Shown: positions 29,389-38,103 of the stretch, piece after piece | Layout of the letters: each line of letters begins with the position of its first letter | Position numbering within the stretch: position 1 is the stretch's first letter | Source: Acidimicrobiaceae bacterium | GTDB taxonomy: Bacteria; Actinomycetota; Acidimicrobiia; Acidimicrobiales; Poriferisodalaceae | DNA length: 64,000 bases | NCBI GenBank assembly: GCA_002721305.1 | Contig: PBKA01000010.1 | Span: forward strand, 10,974-74,973 | Direction of reading: 5' to 3' | Notes under the pieces: generated by a model | What the model was told of the DNA's origin: nothing | What the model saw: the letters and a program-made list of their open reading frames with translations, nothing else | Database searches by the model: none | Made by a program: the position numbers and the translations under genes

Positions 29389-30294
29389 ATGTTTAACTTT
29401 CCTGACTCCCCGGCTGCAGTCTCGGCAGCATTAAGCGACCACCACTACCTGACCGATGACGGGCTCTCCACCGTCGTCTATTTGGCCATCACGATGCAAC
29501 GACCTTTGTTCCTTGAAGGCGATGCAGGAGTCGGAAAGACAGAACTCGCCAAAGTTTTAGCTGCTTGGACTGGGGGAGAGTTAATCCGACTCCAATGCTA
29601 TGAAGGGATAGACGCGTCCCAAGCCCTCTACGAATGGGACTACACGCGCCAGCTGCTCCATCTCAGAACAGCGGAGGCTTCTGGTAGGGCCGAAAGCGAT
29701 TCCCAGGCTGTGGAAGATGAGTTGTACTCAGAACGATTTCTTATTCGTAGGCCGTTGCTTCAAGCGATCGACTACGCCGGAGAGCACAGACCGGTTCTTC
29801 TCATTGACGAAGTAGATAGGGCAGACGATGAGTTCGAGGCGTTTTTGCTGGAGATCCTCTCAGATCACACGGTAACAATCCCAGAACTGGGAACCTTCGG
29901 CGGCGACAAACCGCCACTCGTTGTTGTGACGTCCAACCGAACACGAGATGTACATGATGCTCTCAAGAGACGTTGTCTGTACCACTGGGTCGATCATCCG
30001 GACCTTGAACGGGAAGTCAAGATAATCCGGCTCAAGGCCCCGGAAGTCGATGCCGACTTAGCGCGTCAGGTGGCTTTGGCGGTCAAGGCTATGAGAGGAA
30101 TGGGTTTGTACAAGCCTCCCGGAGTAGCTGAGACGATTGATTGGTCAACCGCTTTGGGAAAATTGGGAGAGTCTGCACTCACCGAAGAGACAATCAGCGC
30201 AACACTTGGGACGGTACTGAAGTACCGAGAAGACCAAGAACGGGTTTCAAGCCAGGGAATCGAAGTGATCATGGCCGCCGCAGCAAATGGATGA
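29389..30294 (+). CDS. MoxR-type AAA+ ATPase (CoxD-like)
   Basis: Walker A GDAGVGKT and Walker B LLIDEVDRA. Confidence 0.85.
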   Translation: MFNFPDSPAAVSAALSDHHYLTDDGLSTVVYLAITMQRPLFLEGDAGVGKTELAKVLAAWTGGELIRLQCYEGIDASQALYEWDYTRQLLHLRTAEASGRAESDSQAVEDELYSERFLIRRPLLQAIDYAGEHRPVLLIDEVDRADDEFEAFLLEILSDHTVTIPELGTFGGDKPPLVVVTSNRTRDVHDALKRRCLYHWVDHPDLEREVKIIRLKAPEVDADLARQVALAVKAMRGMGLYKPPGVAETIDWSTALGKLGESALTEETISATLGTVLKYREDQERVSSQGIEVIMAAAANG

Positions 30295-31423
30295 AACGCT
30301 GACCAACGGCCTCAGGTCCAGTCCCGCACGAATAGCGGTGTCTTTTGGTCGAATACTTCGCGGGCTTGGGCTAGAAGTTCCCGTGAGTAGAGTGACTTCG
30401 TTCATCGAAGCACTCGGGTTGCTCGGACTACATGAACGTGACTCTGTCTACTGGGCTGGTAGAGCAACGTTGATTTCTGATCCTGAAGAAGTCGGTGCGT
30501 ACAACCGCGCCTTTGAGGTTTTTTGGGAACAGAAACGCCCATCTGGCATCGAAGTCGAGCTGCCGCCGATTTCGGTATCGCTGGCAGTGGACACCGAAGA
30601 CGGTACAGGTGACATTCCCGATGCTTCCGATGACCACGCAGGACCCACGCTTCAACTTCGGTACAGCCCGACAGAAACTCTGAGAGAAAAGGACTTCGCG
30701 GAATGCAGCGACCGTGAGTTAGACGAGCTCCGACGATTGATGAGCGGCCTTCGATTTGCATCGAGCCTGCGTCCTTCGCGTAGACGATTGCCGTCGAAGT
30801 ATCAGACCCGGACACCCGATATGCGAAGAACACTCCGGAGCGCGCTCGCGATGGGCGGGGAGCCAATAGTCCGAAAGTTTCTTCAAAAAGACCGCCGACC
30901 CCGTCGCCTAGTTCTGTTAATTGATGTTTCGGGCTCAATGGAGCCATACGCCCGCGCGCTAATTAGGTTCGCTCACGCGACTGTGGTCGGCAGAACGCGG
31001 GTAGAAGCTTTCGCAATTGGCACCCGTTTGACGCGAATCACTAGGGAACTATCTTCACGAGACCCCGACGCCGCCCTCAGGGCCGCTTCACAAGCGGTGA
31101 ATGACTGGTCAGGGGGAACTCGGTTGGGCGCGACTCTTAGAGAGTTCAACGATCTTTGGGGTCTGAGAGGCATGGCCCGGGGCGCGATAGTGGTGTTTCT
31201 TTCCGATGGTTGGGATCGAGGAGAACCAGAGATGTTAGGTGAACAGATGCAGCGCCTACATAGGGTCAGCCACCGGCAGGTCTGGGTCAACCCACTGAAA
31301 CACACACCAGGTTATGCACCTCTGGCCCGTGGAATGGCTGCCGCTTTGCCACATACAGATGATTTCATTGAGGGACACTCTTTCGAATCGCTTGAACGAC
31401 TTGCCGAAGCTGTCTCGGCCTAA
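30287..31423 (+). CDS. VWA-domain protein (CoxE-like)
   Basis: MIDAS-type LVLLIDVSGSM. 8-nt overlap with the MoxR gene. Confidence 0.8.
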   Translation: MDETLTNGLRSSPARIAVSFGRILRGLGLEVPVSRVTSFIEALGLLGLHERDSVYWAGRATLISDPEEVGAYNRAFEVFWEQKRPSGIEVELPPISVSLAVDTEDGTGDIPDASDDHAGPTLQLRYSPTETLREKDFAECSDRELDELRRLMSGLRFASSLRPSRRRLPSKYQTRTPDMRRTLRSALAMGGEPIVRKFLQKDRRPRRLVLLIDVSGSMEPYARALIRFAHATVVGRTRVEAFAIGTRLTRITRELSSRDPDAALRAASQAVNDWSGGTRLGATLREFNDLWGLRGMARGAIVVFLSDGWDRGEPEMLGEQMQRLHRVSHRQVWVNPLKHTPGYAPLARGMAAALPHTDDFIEGHSFESLERLAEAVSA

Positions 31424-31441
31424 ACATGGGAGCATTGCAAC

Positions 31442-31759
31442 ATGGATGAGATCTTTGACGACATTGAAAGGTGGCTCGCCTCCGGGCAAAAAGTGGCAGT
31501 GGCACGTGTTGTAGATATTGAAGGCAGTGGTCCTCGCGACCCGGGTGCCGCAATGGCCGTGAATGATTGTGGCGAAGTGGCTGGTTCGGTATCGGGGGGC
31601 TGTGTCGAAGGTGCAGTGGTCGGTGAAGCGATAGAACTTCTTGAAGGGCGGCGCCCCGCTGGAATCACCTCGTTCGGATATAGCGACGACGAGGCCTTTG
31701 CGGTCGGCTTGACTTGTGGCGGAACTATCCACCTGTTCATTGAGGAACTCAATTGGTAA
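31442..31759 (+). CDS. XdhC/CoxI-family N-terminal domain protein (first part of a split XdhC)
   Basis: VAVARVVDIEGSGPRDPGAAMAV...GSVSGGCVEGAVV...DEAFAVGLTCGGTIHLFIE. Confidence 0.7.
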   Translation: MDEIFDDIERWLASGQKVAVARVVDIEGSGPRDPGAAMAVNDCGEVAGSVSGGCVEGAVVGEAIELLEGRRPAGITSFGYSDDEAFAVGLTCGGTIHLFIEELNW

Positions 31760-32538
31760 CGCCGATCTATGAACGGTTTCGAGATTCGATTCGCTCAGAG
31801 GTGCCCGTAGCGCTCGCCACGCTGGTTGAGGGACCAAACGTCGGTGCCAAGCTTCTCGTTGAGGAATCGGGCTTCTCGCTCGGCAGTCTCGGGGGAGAAG
31901 AGTTGGATAGAGTTGTAAGCCGAGACGCAGTAGCGATGCTCGAAGCGGGCACGAGTGAAGTTCGACACTATGGACCGCAGGGTGAGGCTCGACAACACGA
32001 CATCAGTGTCTTTATCGAATGTCACGCCCGGCGACCTCACCTTGTGATCTTTGGAGCTGTTGACTTCACCCGCGCATTGGCTAGTCAAGGCAAGCTTTTG
32101 GGATTCCGAGTGACTGTCTGCGATGCGCGAGAGGTATTTGCGACTCACCGCCGCTTCCCTATGGCAGATGAGGTAGTCGTGGACTGGCCCGACCGCCTTC
32201 TGGCTCGCATAGGTGACGATTTGGGCCCCAGAGACGCCGTGTGTGTGTTGACTCACGACGCCAAATTTGATGTTCCAGCAATTATGGGAGCTCTGCCCAC
32301 ACGCGTCGGTTACCTCGGTGCAATGGGATCGCGTCAGACCCACGAAAAACGAGTTCAAAGGTTATTAGAAGAAGGGGTCACCACCCGAGAACTGGAACGA
32401 GTTAAATCTCCAATTGGTCTGGACATCGGAGGCAGAACCCCGGAGGAAACAGCGGTATCTATCGTCGCAGAGATCATCGCCTTACGAACCGGCCATGCGG
32501 CACCTAGCCTAAGTGATGCCAAAGGGTCGATTCACTGA
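31753..32538 (+). CDS. XdhC-family molybdenum-cofactor insertion chaperone (second XdhC_CoxI domain plus Rossmann domain)
   Basis: PVALATLVEGPNVGAKLLV, then HLVIFGAVDFTRALASQGKLLGFRVTVCDAR...YLGAMGSR. It starts at a TTG that overlaps the upstream stop (aat tgg taa / ttg gta acg). Confidence 0.75.
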   Translation: MVTPIYERFRDSIRSEVPVALATLVEGPNVGAKLLVEESGFSLGSLGGEELDRVVSRDAVAMLEAGTSEVRHYGPQGEARQHDISVFIECHARRPHLVIFGAVDFTRALASQGKLLGFRVTVCDAREVFATHRRFPMADEVVVDWPDRLLARIGDDLGPRDAVCVLTHDAKFDVPAIMGALPTRVGYLGAMGSRQTHEKRVQRLLEEGVTTRELERVKSPIGLDIGGRTPEETAVSIVAEIIALRTGHAAPSLSDAKGSIH

Positions 32539-32572
32539 GCCAATTTGCTCGGCGCCCACTACCGTTCCTGAT

Positions 32573-33739
32573 ATGGATTTCTCCTCATCTGAAGACCACG
32601 AAGCCATTCGAGACGGCGTCAGGCGGGTGTGCGCGCAGTTTCCCGACTTGTACTGGCGAGAAAAGGATGAAAAGCACGAGTTTCCCTGGGACTTTTACCA
32701 AGCGATGGCAGATGGAGGATGGATAGGTATCGCCATCCCAGAAGAGTTTGGTGGTGGTGGTCAGGGCATCACAGAAGCGTCAATTGTTCTGGAAGAAGTA
32801 GCCGCTAGCGGAGCGGCCATGAACGGGTGTTCGGCAATCCACCTGTCTATCTTCGGAATGGAACCAGTGCGCAAGTATGGTTCCCCGGAACTAGCTGATG
32901 AGATCCTCCCCAAAGTCGCCGATGGCTCACTCCACGCGGCGTTTGGGGTCACCGAACCCGATGCAGGGACTGATACCACCTCGATTAGAACTCGAGCTGA
33001 ACGAGATGGCGATGAATATGTCATAACAGGCGCGAAGGTTTGGACAACCAAAGCGCCTTACTGCGACGTTTGTTTGCTGCTGGTGAGGACTACCCCCAAG
33101 GAGCTTTGCGACGGGCCGACCCAGGGCATGACGCTGTTGTTGGTGGACCTCCAGGACCCACGCGTCGATATAACACCGATTCCCAAAGTCGGTCGTAACG
33201 CTGTTGTCTCATGTGAAGTTCGGTATGACGGTCTACGGGTACCAGTTAGCCGGCGTGTCGGAGAAGAAGGTGAAGGTTTCCGTTACATCTTGGACGGGCT
33301 GAACCCAGAACGCATTCTAATTTCAGGGGAGGCTCTTGGAATCGGGAGAGCAGCATTGGCCAAGGCCGTCGACTACGCCAACGAACGAGTCATTTTCGGT
33401 CGTCCGATAGGTCAGAATCAAGGTTTGGCGTTTCCTCTTGCTGATAGCCATGCGCGCCTTCATGCAGCAGAATTGGTTATTAGGGACGCGTCATGGCGTT
33501 ATGACAACGGACTTGATTGCGGAGCGCAGGCCAATCTAGCGAAATATTTGGCCTCTGAAGCCGCATTTGAATGCGCGGATCGAGCAATGCAGACCCATGG
33601 AGGTTTTGGCTACGCCAAAGAATACGACGTCGAACGTTACTGGCGCGAAAGCCGTCTAATGAAAATCGCGCCCGTCAGCCAAGAGATGGTTCTGAACTAT
33701 GTCTCGAACAAAGTTCTCGGCTTACCTCGGTCCTACTGA
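32573..33739 (+). CDS. acyl-CoA dehydrogenase
   Basis: AFGVTEPDAGTDTTS and a C-terminal ...THGGFGYAKEYDVERYWRESRL. I prefer ATG 32573 over the ORF-track start 32513, which overlaps xdhC. Confidence 0.9.
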   Translation: MDFSSSEDHEAIRDGVRRVCAQFPDLYWREKDEKHEFPWDFYQAMADGGWIGIAIPEEFGGGGQGITEASIVLEEVAASGAAMNGCSAIHLSIFGMEPVRKYGSPELADEILPKVADGSLHAAFGVTEPDAGTDTTSIRTRAERDGDEYVITGAKVWTTKAPYCDVCLLLVRTTPKELCDGPTQGMTLLLVDLQDPRVDITPIPKVGRNAVVSCEVRYDGLRVPVSRRVGEEGEGFRYILDGLNPERILISGEALGIGRAALAKAVDYANERVIFGRPIGQNQGLAFPLADSHARLHAAELVIRDASWRYDNGLDCGAQANLAKYLASEAAFECADRAMQTHGGFGYAKEYDVERYWRESRLMKIAPVSQEMVLNYVSNKVLGLPRSY

Positions 33740-33743
33740 GTCC

Positions 33744-34307
33744 GTGAGAGTAGCTGGAGCCCTACTTGCTGCTGGAAGCGGATCTCGCTTTCACGGAACC
33801 GGCCACAAACTCCTCGCTGATCTTCATGGCGAGCCGGTCGTAGCCCATGCAGCGCGGTCAATGGTGGGTTCCGGTCTGGCTGGTTGCATTGTTGTCACGG
33901 GCGCGGCCCAATTAGACGCGGCGCTGTCCGGGTTTCCTGAATTGCAGATCGTCAACAATTCGAAATTCGAAGATGGCATAGCCACATCCCTCGCAGTAGC
34001 TGTGGCGTGGGCCATAGACGGTGGTTTTGAGGCGCTGATAGTGGGATTAGGAGATCAACCCGGAGTACTCAGTTCGGCTTGGCGTCTCTTGGCTCGGAGC
34101 AGTTCACCAATAGCTGTCGCCAGCTACGACGGACGTCCCGGAAATCCGGTGCGTCTGGGGAAGTCTGTGTGGCCCTTCCTCCCGTCCTCGGGAGACGAAG
34201 GGGCGCGGGTTTTGCTTCGTACGAGGCCGGAACTAGTTGAGCAGGTAGCCTGCGAAGGCTCTCCCAATGACATAGATACCGTGGAGGATCTGGGGCAATG
34301 GAGTTGA
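33744..34307 (+). CDS. MobA/MocA-like nucleotidyltransferase (molybdenum cofactor cytidylyl/guanylyl-transferase family)
   Basis: GALLAAGSGSRF nucleotide loop and ...GLGDQP... I chose GTG 33744 because it lies just after the ACAD stop. Confidence 0.7.
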   Translation: MRVAGALLAAGSGSRFHGTGHKLLADLHGEPVVAHAARSMVGSGLAGCIVVTGAAQLDAALSGFPELQIVNNSKFEDGIATSLAVAVAWAIDGGFEALIVGLGDQPGVLSSAWRLLARSSSPIAVASYDGRPGNPVRLGKSVWPFLPSSGDEGARVLLRTRPELVEQVACEGSPNDIDTVEDLGQWS

Positions 34308-34960
34308 AAAACGAATTCCGAGTGGGTGTTCCTATCGAGCAGGCTTGGGCGACATTGACGGATGTTGAATACATAGCGCCCTGTATGCCTGGTGCTCAAC
34401 TCACGGAGATTGATGGCGAGGAATTCAAAGGCCAAGTAAAGGTCAAGGTAGGGCCAATCACCGCGCAATATAAAGGCGTCGCCAAGTTCAAAGAAAAGAA
34501 CGAGAGTGAACACCGAGTCGTTCTTGACGCCAGCGGTCGTGACACCCGCGGAGCGGGCAACGCCGCAGCAGAGGTCACTGCGGAAATGACTGCCGATGGC
34601 GACGGAACCAAGATCGTTATAACGACTGAGTTGAAAGTGACGGGGAAAGTCGCTCAGTTTGGGCGGGGTGTAATGGCTGATGTTTCTGAAAAGCTCATCG
34701 GACAATTTGTAGAAAGCCTCGAACAAAAACTGCTTGAACCGAGTTCGCACGTCGGGGAGTCGGGAACTTCGGCTGCTTCAGCGGACTCATCGTCCGAGGA
34801 TGGCGCGTCGACAGATGAGTCGGGACCGCGCAAGATAGATATGCCGGAACCAGAACCAGTTGATCTGCTTGACACCGCTGGGGCACCGCTGTTCAAACGA
34901 TTCGGTCCCTTCGCGCTCGTCGCGCTAGTGCTGGTTCTCTTACGTCGCCGTAGGCGGTAG
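34298..34960 (+). CDS. CoxG-like SRPBCC protein with a C-terminal acidic linker and TM anchor
   Basis: MELKNEFRVGVPIEQAWATLTDVEYIAPCMPGAQL... is typical of CoxG. C-terminus ...FGPFALVALVLVLLRRRRR. Confidence 0.75.
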   Translation: MELKNEFRVGVPIEQAWATLTDVEYIAPCMPGAQLTEIDGEEFKGQVKVKVGPITAQYKGVAKFKEKNESEHRVVLDASGRDTRGAGNAAAEVTAEMTADGDGTKIVITTELKVTGKVAQFGRGVMADVSEKLIGQFVESLEQKLLEPSSHVGESGTSAASADSSSEDGASTDESGPRKIDMPEPEPVDLLDTAGAPLFKRFGPFALVALVLVLLRRRRR

Positions 34961-34977
34961 GAACCCCAGACTCTGCC

Positions 34978-35469
34978 ATGGTTGTCGATGCCGCGAAAGT
35001 GTCCTCGATTGACAGTCCCACCCCAGAAGAGGTTGACAAAATAACAACCCTGCTGGGTCGCCCACCCGAGGGGGATTTTGAAGTCGTGGTTGTTGATAGC
35101 AACGGAGAGCCTGTGGTCATTCGTAACGGACCCATCATGAACAACGGTCGACCGATGCCCACCCGGTACTGGTTAGTCGGCCGCGAGTTGTGCCAACTGG
35201 TTGCCCGTTTGGAAGGTGATGGGGGAGTCCGAGCTGCAGAAAATGCGGTTGATGCTACTGAACTCCAGAACACTCATGAACGTTACGCAAAGGAACGAGA
35301 TGCGCAAATTCCCCTCGGTCATGTAGGACCTCGACCCTCGGGGGGAGTAGGGGGCACCCGAGAAGGTGTCAAATGTTTGCACACTCACCTCGCACATCAC
35401 TTGGTCACGAATGATGATCCCGTTGGGGCGTGGGTAGTCGAACAACTCGAAGTGATTCGCCTTGCTTAA
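34978..35469 (+). CDS. DUF501-family protein
   Basis: ...RNGPIMNNGRPMPTRYWLVG...GVKCLHTHLAHHL... matches my memory of the DUF501 protein that sits between ftsB-like and ppx in mycobacteria. Confidence 0.7.
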   Translation: MVVDAAKVSSIDSPTPEEVDKITTLLGRPPEGDFEVVVVDSNGEPVVIRNGPIMNNGRPMPTRYWLVGRELCQLVARLEGDGGVRAAENAVDATELQNTHERYAKERDAQIPLGHVGPRPSGGVGGTREGVKCLHTHLAHHLVTNDDPVGAWVVEQLEVIRLA

Positions 35470-36382
35470 ACGTGACCCAGTTGCGGTCCTAGATTTCGGA
35501 ACGAACACCAGCCGTTTGCTGATCACCGATGGCGACTCGATTGATATTCGGGTCCACCGAATCACCGGGCTGGGGAGAGGGCTAGTGAGCTCCGGTCGTC
35601 TCAGCAAAGACGGAATTGAACGTGTGCTGGTGGCTGTCGACGAATTCAATTCGATCATTTCGGACAACGATGTCCGAAAACTCAGAGCGGTAGCGACTAG
35701 CGCAGCTCGAGATGCGACCAATCGAGATGAATTCATCAGGCCCGTGTCAGCGTCTCTGAATCATCAAGTGGAACTCTTATCTGGAGAAGAAGAAGCGCGG
35801 TATGGATTCCTTGGAGCCACCACAGACCTGGACCATTTACAGGGGCCTTTCTTGGTTGTCGACATCGGTGGTGGCTCCACCGAGTTTTCGTACGGCACTC
35901 GCTCCGCAGACATGTATCGGTCAGTGGACATGGGATCTGTTCGATTTTTTGAAAAATTTTTTGTGCATGATCCCCCAAAACCTGAAGAACTAAGTGGGGC
36001 GATTCAGGTAGCACGGGCGCACCTAGACGACATAGATAGAGAACTACCCGTGCTCGGAACGGCGAGGTCACTGGTAGGTGTTGCTGGAACGATCACAACT
36101 ATCGCTGCAGTGGAGATAGGGCTTGAACCGTATGATTCGAAAATCATTGACGGGTTCCGACTTAGTCGGCAAGCTGCCGAAGATGTGTTCAGAACCTTGG
36201 CGACCGAGTCACTCAACGACCGCAAACACAACCCTGGCCTTGAAGTGGAGCGAGCGGATGTGATCGTTGCCGGCTGTTGTATTTTGGTTGCCATCATGCG
36301 CCACTGGGGGGTTGATGAGTGCCTTGTTCGCGAGCGCGATTTGCTCGATGGACTAGCAGCCGAAATGCTTGAGCTTGAATAG
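35462..36382 (+). CDS. ppx: Ppx/GppA-family phosphatase (exopolyphosphatase)
   Basis: ASKHA motifs VAVLDFGTNTSRLLI and VVDIGGGSTEF. Confidence 0.85.
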   Translation: MLKRDPVAVLDFGTNTSRLLITDGDSIDIRVHRITGLGRGLVSSGRLSKDGIERVLVAVDEFNSIISDNDVRKLRAVATSAARDATNRDEFIRPVSASLNHQVELLSGEEEARYGFLGATTDLDHLQGPFLVVDIGGGSTEFSYGTRSADMYRSVDMGSVRFFEKFFVHDPPKPEELSGAIQVARAHLDDIDRELPVLGTARSLVGVAGTITTIAAVEIGLEPYDSKIIDGFRLSRQAAEDVFRTLATESLNDRKHNPGLEVERADVIVAGCCILVAIMRHWGVDECLVRERDLLDGLAAEMLELE

Positions 36383-36412
36383 CTGCTGTTCTGGCACGCT
36401 AGTGTTCCGACG

Positions 36413-37018
36413 GTGACTGATCTGCACACCCCACGCTTGCTGTTACGAGGATTACAGCCGCACGACTTCGCTCAGTGGAGCGAAGTGCGACAACGTTGTG
36501 CAAGCTGGTTAACCAAATGGGAGCCTGAGGCAGCGGTTGGTGCCCCAGATCCATCAAAGGACCCGGCAGCTTTTGCCGCCCGATGCAATTCACGAGACAG
36601 AGAGCGCCAGCTAGGAACGGGGTTCGCCTGGTCCATGTGGCACCGTGGTCACTTTTGCGGTGAGATCAACGTCAATAACGTTGCCCGGGGAGCATTTCAG
36701 AGCGGGCATGTTGGTTACTGGGTGGATGAGCGTTGGGCGGGCCAAGGTTTTATACCTGAGGCTTTAGTGGCTGTTTTCGCCCACGCATTTGACCGAGCTG
36801 GCTTGCACCGGCTTGAAATATCCATCATTCCCAGGAATCAATCGAGTCGCCGAGTTGTCGAAAAACTCGGCATCCGTTACGAAGGTCTCGCAGAGGGCTA
36901 TCTGAGAATTGCTGGAGCATGGGAAGATCACATGCGCTTTGGAATCACGTCCGAGGAGTGGGAGCAAAGAAGAGAAGAGCTTTGGCAGCTTGTGTCTGAT
37001 ATGGCGGTCAGGGTCTAG
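36413..37018 (+). CDS. GNAT-family N-acetyltransferase (RimJ/RimL-like)
   Basis: TPRLLLRGLQPHDF... and ...GYWVDERWAGQGFIPEAL..., as in Acetyltransf_3 members. Confidence 0.75.
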   Translation: MTDLHTPRLLLRGLQPHDFAQWSEVRQRCASWLTKWEPEAAVGAPDPSKDPAAFAARCNSRDRERQLGTGFAWSMWHRGHFCGEINVNNVARGAFQSGHVGYWVDERWAGQGFIPEALVAVFAHAFDRAGLHRLEISIIPRNQSSRRVVEKLGIRYEGLAEGYLRIAGAWEDHMRFGITSEEWEQRREELWQLVSDMAVRV

Positions 37019-37039
37019 GACACCCAGTTCGAGTTGGTG

Positions 37040-38014
37040 TCACCACGCGCCCTCACCGTTGGCATCCTCAAGCCAAGCTCGACCAGGTGCACACTCGGCG
37101 GATATAGGGCACCATCTGCATGACGCGCTAGGACGGACTTCAGGACGACTCTTCTTGAGTCGTAAATGCAGTAGCCGTTCAATCCCGTGGGCAGTTCGTT
37201 TTACAGCTGATTGCAACAGGGATTCATCAACGTGTTCGACCTGGACTCGGCCTGCATCAACATAGAAACTCGCTAGCAGAGCTGGTGGCACTCCAACCAC
37301 GAGGGTCTCCAATAAGGCATAAAAGCGTAAATCATCCAAATGATGGGGAACGGCGCGCCCGGTTTTGAGCTCTACGAGCACGCGACCGGCGGTGGACTCG
37401 TCCGGCTGACCGATCGTCAGGTCAAACCGTCCTTGAAGAACGATTTTCCCTTTGTGGAGGATTGCTTTTCGAGGAAGTTCAGTTGTGGGCCTCCAAGCTT
37501 TCTTCAAGGGCGGGAACGTATCAAAAAACGTTTGCAACAGAGATGACACATCGCTTCGTATTTCGGCGCGTTCGATATCGCTCAAGCTAGACAAAAAGTC
37601 CGCTAGGCCGTCGCCGCGGTTGATGATGCTTGACAGTGCTTCGTCCACCAGCTCAGGAGCAGTTCTCGCCGGGAACAAATGAATAGATAGTTCGACGCAT
37701 TTGTGGAAGATCTGGCCACGTGTCATTGGGATGCGCCATTCGAAAGGTTCGAGTTGCTGGGCTTCGTAGAGGGCTTCGCAACTGTTCACAGCTTGCAGTT
37801 GGCGTTTCGATATCCATAAGGGCTTGTCGATTAGATCTACGAGATCTTCGGTTGCCGCTTCTAATTCAAGGTGTAATTGCGGCCGTAAAGCTGGGTCATG
37901 GGTAATGCGTTGATCGCTTGGCAAGCGAATTAATTCGAGTGTTTCTCGCTGAGCGGGAGTTAGAGAGACACTCTCGGATGATGCTTCCCTAGAGACTTCG
38001 TTGTCAGTTCCCAC
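37040..38014 (-). CDS. PD-(D/E)XK nuclease-family protein with a Cas4/AddB-like Cys cluster
   Basis: GRFDLTIG...RVLVELKTG (D...ExK). C-terminal CRWCPISAEC plus an upstream Cys (AVNSCEALY). Confidence 0.65.
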   Translation of the reverse strand: MGTDNEVSREASSESVSLTPAQRETLELIRLPSDQRITHDPALRPQLHLELEAATEDLVDLIDKPLWISKRQLQAVNSCEALYEAQQLEPFEWRIPMTRGQIFHKCVELSIHLFPARTAPELVDEALSSIINRGDGLADFLSSLSDIERAEIRSDVSSLLQTFFDTFPPLKKAWRPTTELPRKAILHKGKIVLQGRFDLTIGQPDESTAGRVLVELKTGRAVPHHLDDLRFYALLETLVVGVPPALLASFYVDAGRVQVEHVDESLLQSAVKRTAHGIERLLHLRLKKSRPEVRPSASCRWCPISAECAPGRAWLEDANGEGAW

Positions 38015-38103
38015 GGATCCAAGCTAGCCCCAAGTGAAAGCGTCTTACTTCACGTAAAGAACTTCCGCGCTGATTGTCCCACCCCTAGTAGAACCTGTAT
38101 CTG

